Source of the DNA: an uncultured Alphaproteobacteria bacterium
GTDB taxonomy: Bacteria; Pseudomonadota; Alphaproteobacteria; Caulobacterales; Caulobacteraceae
Direction: 5' to 3'
NCBI GenBank assembly: GCA_963794315.1
Contig: CAWCDF010000002.1
Location: 1,103,285 to 1,167,284, forward strand
DNA length: 64,000 bases
The stretch's first letter is position 1. Every line of letters starts with the position of its first letter. A program made the position numbers and the translations under genes. The notes under the pieces are model-generated. The model did no database searches and had not been told where the DNA came from. It worked only from the letters and a program-made list of their open reading frames with translations. This document shows, in pieces, positions 39,621 to 49,151 of this stretch.

Positions 39621-39624
39621 GGTT

Positions 39625-39650
39625 GCTCATAGAAGATCAAATTCGATCAT
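39625..39650. promoter_or_regulatory. 10-bp-phased repeats in the divergent PhyH3/GH78 promoter
   Basis: GCTCAT at 39625, GATCAA at 39635, GATCAT at 39645. Confidence 0.6.
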
Positions 39651-39694
39651 CTGTCCAACGCGCCGACCCGGCTTTGCGCGGCCGAAAGGGAGCC

Positions 39695-42245
39695 ATGACC
39701 ACACACTTGCGGCCGCCGTTCGTCTGGACTCCGAAGCAGGAAATCGACCCGACCGGCGGCCGGCGGGTCTATCTCGGCGGCGGCGGCCGGCCGTTCGAGA
39801 AGAACCGCTGGTTCTTCTTCCGCAAGCGGGTCGAGTTGCCGGCCCGCGCCCGCGGCCGCGCCGATCTCGATCACCGTCGACGGGCGCTACGTGCTCTACG
39901 TCAACGCCGCGCCGGTCGGACGCGGCCCGGTCCGCTGCACCCCGCTCTTCCAGCGTTATGACGAGTACGACCTAGCGCCTCACCTCGTCGCCGGGGCCAA
40001 CGTCCTCGCGGTGCTCGTGCACACCTATGGGACCGACACCGCCTTCTACGAGACGGTCAAGGGCATGTGGCAGCCGGTGTTCGGCGACGGCGGGCTCTGG
40101 GTCGCCGGCGCCGCGGACGGTGTTTCCCTGTCCACCGACGGCGGCTGGCGCTGCATCCAGTCGACCGCGTGGACTGAGGATGTTCCGCAGTCGAACCATT
40201 CGCTGGGCTTCATCGAGGACCTGGACGCTGGCCGTCTGCTCGAAGGCTGGCGCGGCGCCGACTTCGACGATTCCGCCTGGGACGAGGCGCGGCCGCTGGT
40301 CTTCGGCGGCGGGGGGGCGGAAGCGGCCTATGGCGGCATGCAGACGCGTCCGTTCCCGACCCTGGTCCCGCGCGGCATCCCGATGCTGGAGGAGCGGCTC
40401 GAGCCCGCCAAGCGCGTGGTGTGGATCAAAGGTCTCTATCCCGATCCCGACCTCGTCTTCCATCGGCGCGCCTACGATGAGCCGCTGATCGAGCCGCCGG
40501 CGAACGCGGTCGCCCGCGCCGACGACCTCACCAAGCTCGAAGGCGCGCGGACGCTCGTGCGCACCGAGCCCGGCCGCGACGTCGCCATCCTGCTCGACTT
40601 CGGCCGCATCATGACCGGCCGCCCGTTCATCGAGCTCGACGCTCGCGGCGGCGAGATCGTCGAGATCGCCTGCGCCGAGAGCCTGCCCGGCGAGTGGGAC
40701 GCCGGCGGCCCGCCGCCCGATGCGCGCATCAAGCCCAAGCCCTGGCTCGGCGAGGACGCCCACCTCTGCCGCTACCGCGCCAAGGCCGGCGTGCAGCGGT
40801 TCGAGCGGTTCGAATGGTGCGCGATCCGCTGGGTGCAGCTGGTGGTCCGCAACGCGCCCGAGGGCCTGGCCATCAAGGGGTTCGGCGCCAACCTGGTGAA
40901 CTACCCGGTCGACGCGCGCGGGCGCTTCAGCTGCTCCGACGACTTCCTGACCCGGCTCTGGGCCACCGGCGCCTACACGCTTCGCCAATGCATGCACGAC
41001 GCCTGGGAGGACTGTCCCAGCCGCGAGCAGCGCCAGTGGCTAGGCGACGTGACGGTGGAGAACCTGGTCGGCCATGCCGCGTTCGGCCCGTGCGTCGCGC
41101 CCCTGACCGCCAAGTTCCTCGCCCAGGCCGCCGAAAGCCAGCGTCCGGACGGCCTGACCCAGATGTTCGCGCCCGGCGACCATCGGGTGAACGGGCTGCT
41201 GATCCCAGACTGGACGCTGCAGTGGATCCTCTGCGCCGGCGATCACCTCGACCTGACCGGCGACCTCGACACGATCGAGGCGGTTTTCCCGTCCATTCTA
41301 AAGGCGCTCGCCTGGTTCGAGCGGCTCATCGACGCCAACGGCCTCGTCGCCGACCTGCCCTATTGGCACTTCATGGACTGGTCCGGCGTCGGCCGCGAAG
41401 GCGAGGCGGGCGCGCTGAACGCCCAGCTGGCGGGCGCCTTCCGCGTCGCGGCGCGCCTGGCGCTGGCGCTGGGCTGGGCGCGCGAGGCGGAGCGGCTCCG
41501 CGCCCGCGCCCGCGCAATCGGCGATGCGCTCGAGGTCCGCCACTGGGACGCGCGGCGGGGCGTCTACGTCGACATCGTCGATCCGGTCACCGGCGCCCAG
41601 GATCTGCGCACCTCCCAGCACGCCAACGCGGCGATCGCGCTCTGGGGCGAGGCCGATGGCCAGCGGCTGGCGCGCGCGCTCGACCGCATCACCGATTCCC
41701 GCCGACTGACGTTCACCGCCGGCCCGCCGATCGCGCCCAAGGGCGAGACCCTCGACCCCGAGGAGGGCGTTGTGCTGGCCAACACGTTCTATTCCCACTT
41801 CGTCTATGAGGCGCTCGGCGGCCAGGGCCGGTTCGCCGATGCGCTTCGGCTCATGCGCGAGCGCTTCGGGCCGATGTTGGACAAGGGGGCGACGACGCTG
41901 TGGGAAAGCTTCGCGCCGACCGCCAGCCTCTGCCATGGCTTTTCCGCCTCGCCCACCCATCAGCTGTCGCGACGGATGCTGGGCGTGGCGCCGGCCAAGC
42001 CGGGCTTTGCCGAGATCATCGTCAGGCCGGACCTGGCGGGGCTCGAGCATGCGGATGGCGTCGTGCCCACCCGCCTCGGCGACGTCGAGGTGCGGCTCGA
42101 ACGCGACGGCGCAGGCTTCGTCGCCCAGGTGCGCGGGCCGGACGGCGTGCCGCTGACGCTTGCGCCCGCGTCGGGCCTGAAGGCCGCCGCGGCGCCGACG
42201 GCGAGCGGGCCTAGCCTGGAGAGCCGCTTCGTCTACGCTGGTTGA
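39695..42245 (+). CDS. GH78 alpha-L-rhamnosidase-like protein, frameshift near 39845
   Basis: FFRK / ITVDGRYVLYVN N-domain, LDFG, DCPSREQRQWLGD, GATTLWE, SLCHG. Confidence 0.9.
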
Positions 42246-42311
42246 AAGGGCGGCCGGCCTGGCCGTATCCTCACGGCCCGGAAGAGCAAGACACCCACAG
42301 GGAGGCCGCCG

Positions 42312-43502
42312 ATGGCCTACGTGCAGGACCAGATCGTCCACGACGCCGATTCCCACCTCATGGAGTTGCCGGACTGTCTGGACCCTTACTTCGACGCCAA
42401 GACGCTGGCGCGCTACCACGCGCTGCCGATCTACAGGCACAAGCTTGGCAAGCCCGGCTGGGCCGAGGCCGCGCGGCGCCAGCACCAGGATCCGGACTTC
42501 CGCGCCGGCGCCGAGGAGAACATCCTGCTGCGCAAGAACCAGGCGGCGTTGGGCGCCTTCGTGCGCGAGGACCGGCCGAAGGCGATCGACTACCTGGGTT
42601 TCGCGAGCCAGCTCGTCTTCACCACCTTCTGCCTCGGCAACTTCCAGCTCGAATACGGCGACGACGTCGAGCTGGCCTACGCCGCCGCCACCGCCCACAA
42701 CCGCATGATGACCGACTTCTGCGCGGTCGATCGCCGCCTGCTCGCCACCGGCTACGTGCCGCTGATGGACTTCGAGCGCGCCGGCGCGGCCACCAGGGAG
42801 GCGATCGCGCTCGGGGCCAAGGCGATCCTCATCGCCTCGCGCTGCCCCAAGGGCCATTCACCCAGCCACATCGCCTTCGACGCGGTGTGGGCGCAGGCGC
42901 AAGAAGCCGGCTTGCCGATCCTGTTCCACGTCGGCGGCGAGGAGAAGCTCAACCCCGCCTACTTCGAGAACGGCATGCCGCGGGTGAAGGACTTCCATGG
43001 CGGGGAGGAGAACTTCACCTCCGTTTCCTTCATGCCGATCCCCAACTCGGTCATGCAGACGCTGGCCTGCCTGATCATCGACGGTGTGATGGACCGGTTC
43101 CCGAAGCTGAAGTTCGGCGCGATCGAGCTTGGGGCGTCGTGGCTCCCGAGCTGGATGCGGTTCATGGACTCCGCCCACGCCGCCTTCTTCAAGAACGAGG
43201 AGCGCCTGCACCGGCTCTCGGCCCCGCCGAGCGAGATCGTGCGCCGGCAGGTGCGCGCGACCCCCTATCCGCACGAGCAGACCGGCTGGATCATCGCCAA
43301 CTCGGGCCCGGAAATCTGCCTCTTCTCCTCCGACTTCCCGCACGTGGAAGGCGGCCGCAATCCGCTCAAGCGCTTCAACGACGCGCTCGAAGGAACGCCG
43401 AAGGCCGCGGTCGACCGCTTCTACCGCGAGAACTTCATCGACCTGATGGGCGAGGGCCTCAGCCCCGACCTCAGGCGGCCGAAGCACCTGATCGCGGCCT
43501 AG
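42312..43502 (+). CDS. Amidohydrolase_2 family protein
   Basis: DADSHLME, LFHVG, DRFPKLKFGAIE, SSDFPHVEG. Confidence 0.85.
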   Translation: MAYVQDQIVHDADSHLMELPDCLDPYFDAKTLARYHALPIYRHKLGKPGWAEAARRQHQDPDFRAGAEENILLRKNQAALGAFVREDRPKAIDYLGFASQLVFTTFCLGNFQLEYGDDVELAYAAATAHNRMMTDFCAVDRRLLATGYVPLMDFERAGAATREAIALGAKAILIASRCPKGHSPSHIAFDAVWAQAQEAGLPILFHVGGEEKLNPAYFENGMPRVKDFHGGEENFTSVSFMPIPNSVMQTLACLIIDGVMDRFPKLKFGAIELGASWLPSWMRFMDSAHAAFFKNEERLHRLSAPPSEIVRRQVRATPYPHEQTGWIIANSGPEICLFSSDFPHVEGGRNPLKRFNDALEGTPKAAVDRFYRENFIDLMGEGLSPDLRRPKHLIAA

Positions 43503-43506
43503 AGGT

Positions 43507-43893
43507 TCAGCGCAGCAACTCGACGCGGACGCCGAGGTCGCTGGCGACGCTCGCCCAGATACGGTTCGTGGTGAGGGCTGGCGCGCCCATGCGGCCGGCC
43601 AGCGCCAGACAGGCTCGATCGCCCAACGAGAGTCCCGTGCGCTGGGTCATCGGAAGCATCAGCCCGGCCACGAACGCCAACTCGTCGTCGAAGGCCACGC
43701 GCGTGAATGGGAGCGGGTCCAACAAGGCGTGCACGTCGTCGCGGCTCGCGCCGTAGCGCGCGTAATGGCCCGCAACTTCAGCGAGGTTGACCGTGCATAT
43801 CGAAGCGTCGTCGATCTCGGCTTGAACCCGCGCCGCGCCCGGCTCGCCGCGCAAGAGGGCGATCACCGCGGAAGCGTCGAGAACCGCGCTCAC
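43507..43893 (-). CDS. vapC: VapC-family PIN toxin
   Basis: VLDASAV, VNLAEV, LSLGDRACLA. Confidence 0.9.
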   Translation of the reverse strand: MSAVLDASAVIALLRGEPGAARVQAEIDDASICTVNLAEVAGHYARYGASRDDVHALLDPLPFTRVAFDDELAFVAGLMLPMTQRTGLSLGDRACLALAGRMGAPALTTNRIWASVASDLGVRVELLR

Positions 43894-44144
43894 GGCTCGC
43901 GCTTGGCCTCGCGGCGGCGCTCGGCGATGAAGCCGCGCGTGTCATCGTCCGGGTTGTCCCCGAGCAGCCGGCGGGACAGGGCCTGCGCGCGTGCAACCAC
44001 CTCGTCAACGGTTCGGATGCGAATGTCACGCCCGTCGAGCTCGAAGACCACATCGCCGCCGTGGTCTAGCCCGACTGCTCGTCGCATAGCCGCGGGCAGG
44101 CTCACGCGCCCTGACTCCGTAACCCGCCCTTTCCAGGCATTCAT
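43890..44144 (-). CDS. AbrB/MazE-type antitoxin
   Basis: VTESGRVSLPAAMR...GGDVVF; overlaps the toxin start. Confidence 0.88.
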   Translation of the reverse strand: MNAWKGRVTESGRVSLPAAMRRAVGLDHGGDVVFELDGRDIRIRTVDEVVARAQALSRRLLGDNPDDDTRGFIAERRREAKREP

Positions 44145-44157
44145 GGCCTGTCTCCAG

Positions 44158-44205
44158 ATTTGGCGTCAAAGTAGCTCACGCCACTTATCCACGTATTTGG
44201 CGTCA
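44158..44205. promoter_or_regulatory. Probable operator of the leftward TA pair
   Basis: ATTTGGCGTCA direct repeat (44158, 44195) plus inverted TGGCGT/ACGCCA (44161/44178). Confidence 0.55.
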
Positions 44206-44257
44206 GAAACCATAGGGCGCTACCGGCCTCTGCCGCATGTGGCGACATGCGACCAGA

Positions 44258-44287
44258 CGTGATATACATTTTGCAACGTATATCACG
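44258..44287. promoter_or_regulatory. Probable operator of the rightward TA pair
   Basis: Perfect inverted repeat CGTGATATAC-N10-GTATATCACG just before the antitoxin start. Confidence 0.7.
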
Positions 44288-44296
44288 AGGTGCGAA

Positions 44297-44527
44297 ATGC
44301 AGGTTTCCAAGTGGGGCAACAGCCTCGCGATCCGGTTGCCCAAAGCGGTGGTGAAAGCGCTCGCGCTCAAACAAGGCGACGAGGTCGAGGTCCGCGTCGC
44401 CGATCGGGGCCGCTTCGAGATTGCCCGAGCGATCACTCGCGAGGACGCTCTCGCCGCGATCAGGGCATTGCGGCGCCCGTTCCCCGAAGGTTTCCACTTC
44501 GACCGAGACGAGGCGAATGAGCGCTAG
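44297..44527 (+). CDS. AbrB/MazE-type antitoxin
   Basis: MQVSKWGNSLAIRLP...GDEV...FHFDRDEANER. Confidence 0.92.
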   Translation: MQVSKWGNSLAIRLPKAVVKALALKQGDEVEVRVADRGRFEIARAITREDALAAIRALRRPFPEGFHFDRDEANER

Positions 44528-44936
44528 GGCGTTCTTCGACACCAACATTTTGATCTACACGCTCGAAGCAAGTGACCCTCGGGCCGAGGTTGCCGAGAGG
44601 CTGCTCGCGAGCGGCGGGACGGTAAACGTCCAGGTGATCAACGAGTTCGTGGCCGTCACGCGCCGCAAGCTCCGATTAGACTGGCCGGACGTAGCGAAGG
44701 GACTCGCCGCGATCCGACGTCTGTGCGGCCCCCCTTTGCCGTTGACCGACGAGGTTCAAGCGCTGGCGATTCAGATCGCGCGAGCACATGGCTACGGCAT
44801 CTATGACGCGGCCATTGTCGCGGCCGCCTTGCAGGCCAAGTGCGAGGTTCTCTACTCCGAAGATCTGCAGCACGGTCGGGAGTTCGATGAGCAGATGACG
44901 ATCGAGAACCCGTTCGCTGGGCGCGAGCTCGCCTAA
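44517..44936 (+). CDS. vapC: VapC-family PIN toxin
   Basis: FFDTNILIY, QVINEF, YDAAIVAAA, LYSEDLQHG. Confidence 0.92.
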   Translation: MSARAFFDTNILIYTLEASDPRAEVAERLLASGGTVNVQVINEFVAVTRRKLRLDWPDVAKGLAAIRRLCGPPLPLTDEVQALAIQIARAHGYGIYDAAIVAAALQAKCEVLYSEDLQHGREFDEQMTIENPFAGRELA

Positions 44937-44942
44937 ACCCAG

Positions 44943-46559
44943 ATGACGCTGACGAACTCCATCGGCCTCTTCGACTTCATCGTCGTCGGCGCGGGCACGG
45001 CGGGGTGCGTGCTGGCGAACCGGCTGAGCGCCGATCCGCGCAACCGCGTCTTGCTGCTGGAAGCCGGCGGGCACGATCGGCTGTTCTGGGTGCACGTGCC
45101 GATCGGCTATCTCTACACCCAGGGAAAGCCGCGTACCGACTGGTGCTTCTCGACGGAAGAGGAGCCGGCGCTTGGCGGCCGAGCGCTGAAATACCCGCGC
45201 GGGAAGCTGCTCGGCGGATGTTCGTCAATCAACGGAATGATCTACATGCGCGGCCAGGCGGCCGACTACGACCACTGGCGCCAGCTCGGGCTGACCGGCT
45301 GGGGTTGGAGCGATGTCCTGCCCTATTTCCTCAAGTCCGAGGACCACTTCGGCGGCGCATGCGACATGCACGGCGCCGGCGGGCCGTTGAAGGTCGCGCG
45401 CCAGCGGCTGAGCTGGCCGATCCTCGAGGCCTTCCGCGCCGCCGCGGCGGAGTGCGGCATACCGTACACGGAGGATTTCAACGGTGGTGACAACTTCGGC
45501 AGCGCCTTGTTCGAGGTGAACCAGCACCGGGGCTTCCGCTGGAACGCCGCGCGCGGGTTCCTCAGGCCCGTGAGGCGCCGGCCGAACCTGATGGTGGTGA
45601 CCGGCGCGCAGGTCGAGCGGATCGAGATCGAGGACGGGCGCGCCAGCGGCGTGCGGCTGCGGGCCTGGCGGGGCGCGGCGGCGGCCGCCGCCCGCGGCGA
45701 GGTGATCCTGGCCGCCGGCGCCATCGGCTCGCCGCATATTCTGCAGCTCAGCGGCGTCGGGCCGGGTTCGCTCCTCCAGCGCTTCGGCATCCCGGTCGAG
45801 CGCGACGCGCCGGCCGTCGGGGCGAACTTGCAGGACCACCTGCAGATCCGCACGGTGTTCAAGGTCAAGGGCGGCACGCTGAACAGCCGGGCCGGCACGC
45901 TGCTCGGCCAGGCGATGATCGCGGCGGAATACGGTCTCTTTCGCACCGGGCCGATGTCGATGGCGCCCAGCCAGCTCGGCATGTTCGGCTATTCGTCCGA
46001 CCGCCACGCGACCCCGAACCTCGAATACCACGTGCAGCCGCTGAGCCTGGATGCGTTCGGCGAGCCCCTGCACCGCTTCGACGCGCTGACCGCTTCGGTC
46101 TGCAACATCCGCCCGCGCAGCCGCGGCGAGGTGGCGCTGCTGAGTCCCGATCCCACTGCCGCGCCCGCAATCCGCCCCAACTACCTCGCCGACCCGGCGG
46201 ACCAGGAGGTGGCGCTGGAGGCGGTCGCTCTCACCCGCCGCATCTGCGCTGCGCCGGCGTTCGCGGCCTACGCGCCGGAGGAGTTCCGGCCTGGCGCCGA
46301 GATCACCGATCCCGCCGCGTTGCTCGCCGCCATCGGGCGCATCTCGACCACCATCTTCCATCCGGTGGGAACCTGCCGGATGGGCGTCGACGATGACGCC
46401 GTCGTCGACGGATCGCTCAAGGTCCGCGGCGTCCGGGGTCTGCGCGTCGCAGACGCATCGGTCATGCCGACGATCACCTCCGGCAACACCAATGCGCCGA
46501 CGACGATGATCGCCGAGAAGGCCGCCGACCTCATCCTCGCCGACGCCCGCGTCGCCTGA
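44943..46559 (+). CDS. GMC oxidoreductase (choline-dehydrogenase family; substrate unknown)
   Basis: GAGTAG, LGGCSSINGMIY, NLQDHLQ, FHPVGTCRMG, GNTNAPT. Confidence 0.93.
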   Translation: MTLTNSIGLFDFIVVGAGTAGCVLANRLSADPRNRVLLLEAGGHDRLFWVHVPIGYLYTQGKPRTDWCFSTEEEPALGGRALKYPRGKLLGGCSSINGMIYMRGQAADYDHWRQLGLTGWGWSDVLPYFLKSEDHFGGACDMHGAGGPLKVARQRLSWPILEAFRAAAAECGIPYTEDFNGGDNFGSALFEVNQHRGFRWNAARGFLRPVRRRPNLMVVTGAQVERIEIEDGRASGVRLRAWRGAAAAAARGEVILAAGAIGSPHILQLSGVGPGSLLQRFGIPVERDAPAVGANLQDHLQIRTVFKVKGGTLNSRAGTLLGQAMIAAEYGLFRTGPMSMAPSQLGMFGYSSDRHATPNLEYHVQPLSLDAFGEPLHRFDALTASVCNIRPRSRGEVALLSPDPTAAPAIRPNYLADPADQEVALEAVALTRRICAAPAFAAYAPEEFRPGAEITDPAALLAAIGRISTTIFHPVGTCRMGVDDDAVVDGSLKVRGVRGLRVADASVMPTITSGNTNAPTTMIAEKAADLILADARVA

Positions 46560-46633
46560 ACGCTGTTCACTTGCGACTTGCGGAAGGAGGGCCGCTCGGC
46601 CATCTTTCAGCGACCGACGAAGGAGCGCTCCCG

Positions 46634-47765
46634 ATGGCCGACGGCAACATCACCAAGGACAAGATGTATGGCGCGGTGGCGCCGGACGACTTCGAGTCCA
46701 TGCTCGAGCTCGACCGCTACAACGCCCGCTCGACCGCCTTCGACAAGATCATCTCGGCGACCCACGATCACTTCTGGGACCCGCTCGACAAGCGGTACAT
46801 CGACTTCGACACGCCGTTCGACATCGAAAACGAGCCGATGACGCCGGTTGAGATGAATCCCATGCTCAGCCTGCCCTACGTCGCCGAGACGCTCGATCCG
46901 AAGGAGAAGGTCCGCTTCATCAACCAGATGCAGCTGCGCAACTTCTCCTCGATCCTGCACGGCGAACAGGGGGCGCTGAATCTCTCCGCCTCGCTCTGCC
47001 ACGTCCTGTGGGACCAGGGCGCGCAGGAATACGCCGCCAACCAGACCCGCGAAGAGGCCCGGCACGTCACCGCCTTCGCCAAATACATCAAGGCGCGCTG
47101 GGGCCGCCCCGTCGAGTGCGGCGCCGCGCTCAAGCGCCTCCTGGTCGAGATCATCGAGGCGCCGGAGGTCTACAAGAAGATCATCGGCATGCAGATGCTG
47201 GTCGAGGGCCTCGCCATGGGCGCCTTCGCCAACGGCTACAAGAACAACCGCGACCCGCTGGCCAAGCGCCTCTTCCAGCTGGTGATGACCGACGAGGCCT
47301 TCCACCACAAGTTCGGCAAGATCTGGGCCGACCGCACCGTGCCGGAGCTGACCGAGCCCGAGCGCAACACCGTCGAGGACTGGGCCGCCCACTGCGCCCA
47401 GTCGCTGCTGTTCGATCGCGGATCGCCGACCGCAACAGGCGAGCATCTACCAGCAGTTCGGCCTCGACCCCGAGCGCGTGATCGCCGATATCGTCAAGCG
47501 CCGCGAGCAGCGCGACAAGGAAGACCCGAACCGGCGCTTCCGTGGGGAAACCAATATATTCCGGGTACTGATCAAGACGCTGCTCAACTCCGGCCTGATC
47601 ACTGAACGCACGCGCGGGTTCTACGCAACCTACGTCGACATGGATGAGCTTAGGGCCGAGGGCGAGCGCATGCCCGGCGACGACATCGCCGAGGAAGGCA
47701 TCAGATACCTGCAGGCAATCAACTTCAAGGACCGCGCCAAGGTCGAGCTGGTGGCCGCCGAATAG
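46634..47765 (+). CDS. Ferritin-like (AurF-like) diiron protein, frameshift near 47435
   Basis: HGEQGA, EEARH, VEGLA, DEAFH diiron ligand pattern. Confidence 0.8.
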
Positions 47766-47776
47766 GCGGGGGCGCC

Positions 47777-48886
47777 ATGAAGACCCGCGCGGCCGTCGCG
47801 TTTGCGGCCAAACAGCCGCTCGAGATCGTCGAGCTCGACCTCGAAGGCCCACGCGCCGGCGAGGTGCTGGTCGAGGTCAAGGCGACCGGCATCTGCCACA
47901 CCGACGACTACACGCTGTCGGGTCAGGACTCGGAGGGTCTGTTCCCCTCTATCCTCGGCCACGAGGGCGCCGGAGTGGTGGTCGAGGTCGGCGCCGGCGT
48001 CACGACGGTCGCGCCCGGCGACCACGTGATCCCGCTCTACACGCCGGAGTGCCGGCAGTGCCCGTCCTGCCTGTCGCGCAAAACCAATCTGTGTACGGCT
48101 ATTCGCGCCACTCAAGGCAAGGGGGTCATGCCCGACGGGACCTCGCGCTTCTCGTACAAGGGCGCGAGCGTGCACCACTACATGGGCTGTTCGACGTTCT
48201 CGAACTTCACCGTCCTGCCCGAGATCGCGGTCGCCAAGGTCCGCTCCGACGCGCCGTTCGACAAGATCTGCTACATCGGCTGTGGGGTCACGACCGGCGT
48301 CGGCGCCGTCATCAACACGGCCAAGGTCACGCCAGGCGCGAAGGCGATCGTGTTCGGCCTCGGGGGCATCGGGCTGAACGTCGTGCAGGGCTTGAGGCTC
48401 GCCGGCGCCGACATGATCGTCGGCGTCGATCTGAACCCGGAGCGAAAAGGGTGGGGCGAGCGGTTCGGCATGACCCACTTCGTCGACCCGAACGGCGTGT
48501 CCGGCGACCTGGTCGCGCACCTGGTCGAGCTCACCGGCGGCGGCGCCGACTACACCTTCGATGCGACCGGCAACGTAACGGTGATGCGCCAGGCGCTCGA
48601 GGCCTGCCACCGCGGCTGGGGCGAGAGCATCATCATCGGCGTCGCGCCGGCCGGGGCAGAGATCGCCACCCGCCCGTTCCAGCTGGTCACCGGCCGGGTC
48701 TGGCGCGGCACCGCGTTCGGTGGCGCGCGTGGCCGCACCGATGTGCCGAAGATCGTCGACTGGTATATGGCCGGCAAGATCGAGATCGATCCGATGATCA
48801 CCCACACGCTGCCGCTCGAGCGCATCAACGAGGCCTTCGACCTCATGCACAACGGCCAGAGCATCCGCTCTGTGGTGGTGTACTAA
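47777..48886 (+). CDS. frmA: S-(hydroxymethyl)glutathione dehydrogenase / class III ADH
   Basis: GICHTD, GHEGAG, LYTPEC, GCGVTTG, GLGGIG, TRPFQLVTGR. Confidence 0.95.
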   Translation: MKTRAAVAFAAKQPLEIVELDLEGPRAGEVLVEVKATGICHTDDYTLSGQDSEGLFPSILGHEGAGVVVEVGAGVTTVAPGDHVIPLYTPECRQCPSCLSRKTNLCTAIRATQGKGVMPDGTSRFSYKGASVHHYMGCSTFSNFTVLPEIAVAKVRSDAPFDKICYIGCGVTTGVGAVINTAKVTPGAKAIVFGLGGIGLNVVQGLRLAGADMIVGVDLNPERKGWGERFGMTHFVDPNGVSGDLVAHLVELTGGGADYTFDATGNVTVMRQALEACHRGWGESIIIGVAPAGAEIATRPFQLVTGRVWRGTAFGGARGRTDVPKIVDWYMAGKIEIDPMITHTLPLERINEAFDLMHNGQSIRSVVVY

Positions 48887-48939
48887 GGCAGGTTGCGATT
48901 TCGTTGAATCGGGGAGGGACCGGCGGCACCTCCAACATC

Positions 48940-48968
48940 CGCTCATCCCCGCGAACGCGGGGACCCAG
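48940..48968. repeat. Half copy of a family A-like REP
   Basis: CGCTCATCCCCGCGAACGCGGGGACCCAG. Confidence 0.6.
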
Positions 48969-49010
48969 GTTTTTTCCGGCGCCGCCTCCTGCGCAGAATC
49001 TCGGAATTTT

Positions 49011-49104
49011 ACCGCCAAGATCGCCAAGGACGCCAAGAGGCGGCGGGTGGGCGGTGCGCCAGCACGTCCCTCGGCCCCTTGGCGCTCTTTGCGCCCTTGG
49101 CGGT
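49011..49104. repeat. Palindromic element with 9-bp-periodic CGCCAAG arms (family B, copy 2)
   Basis: ACCGCCAAGATCGCCAAGGACGCCAAG ... CTTGGCGCTCTTTGCGCCCTTGGCGGT, between convergent genes. Confidence 0.85.
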
Positions 49105-49151
49105 CCCATACAGCCTTGCCGCTGCGCGGCGTTCCGAAGGGTCCGCTTACC

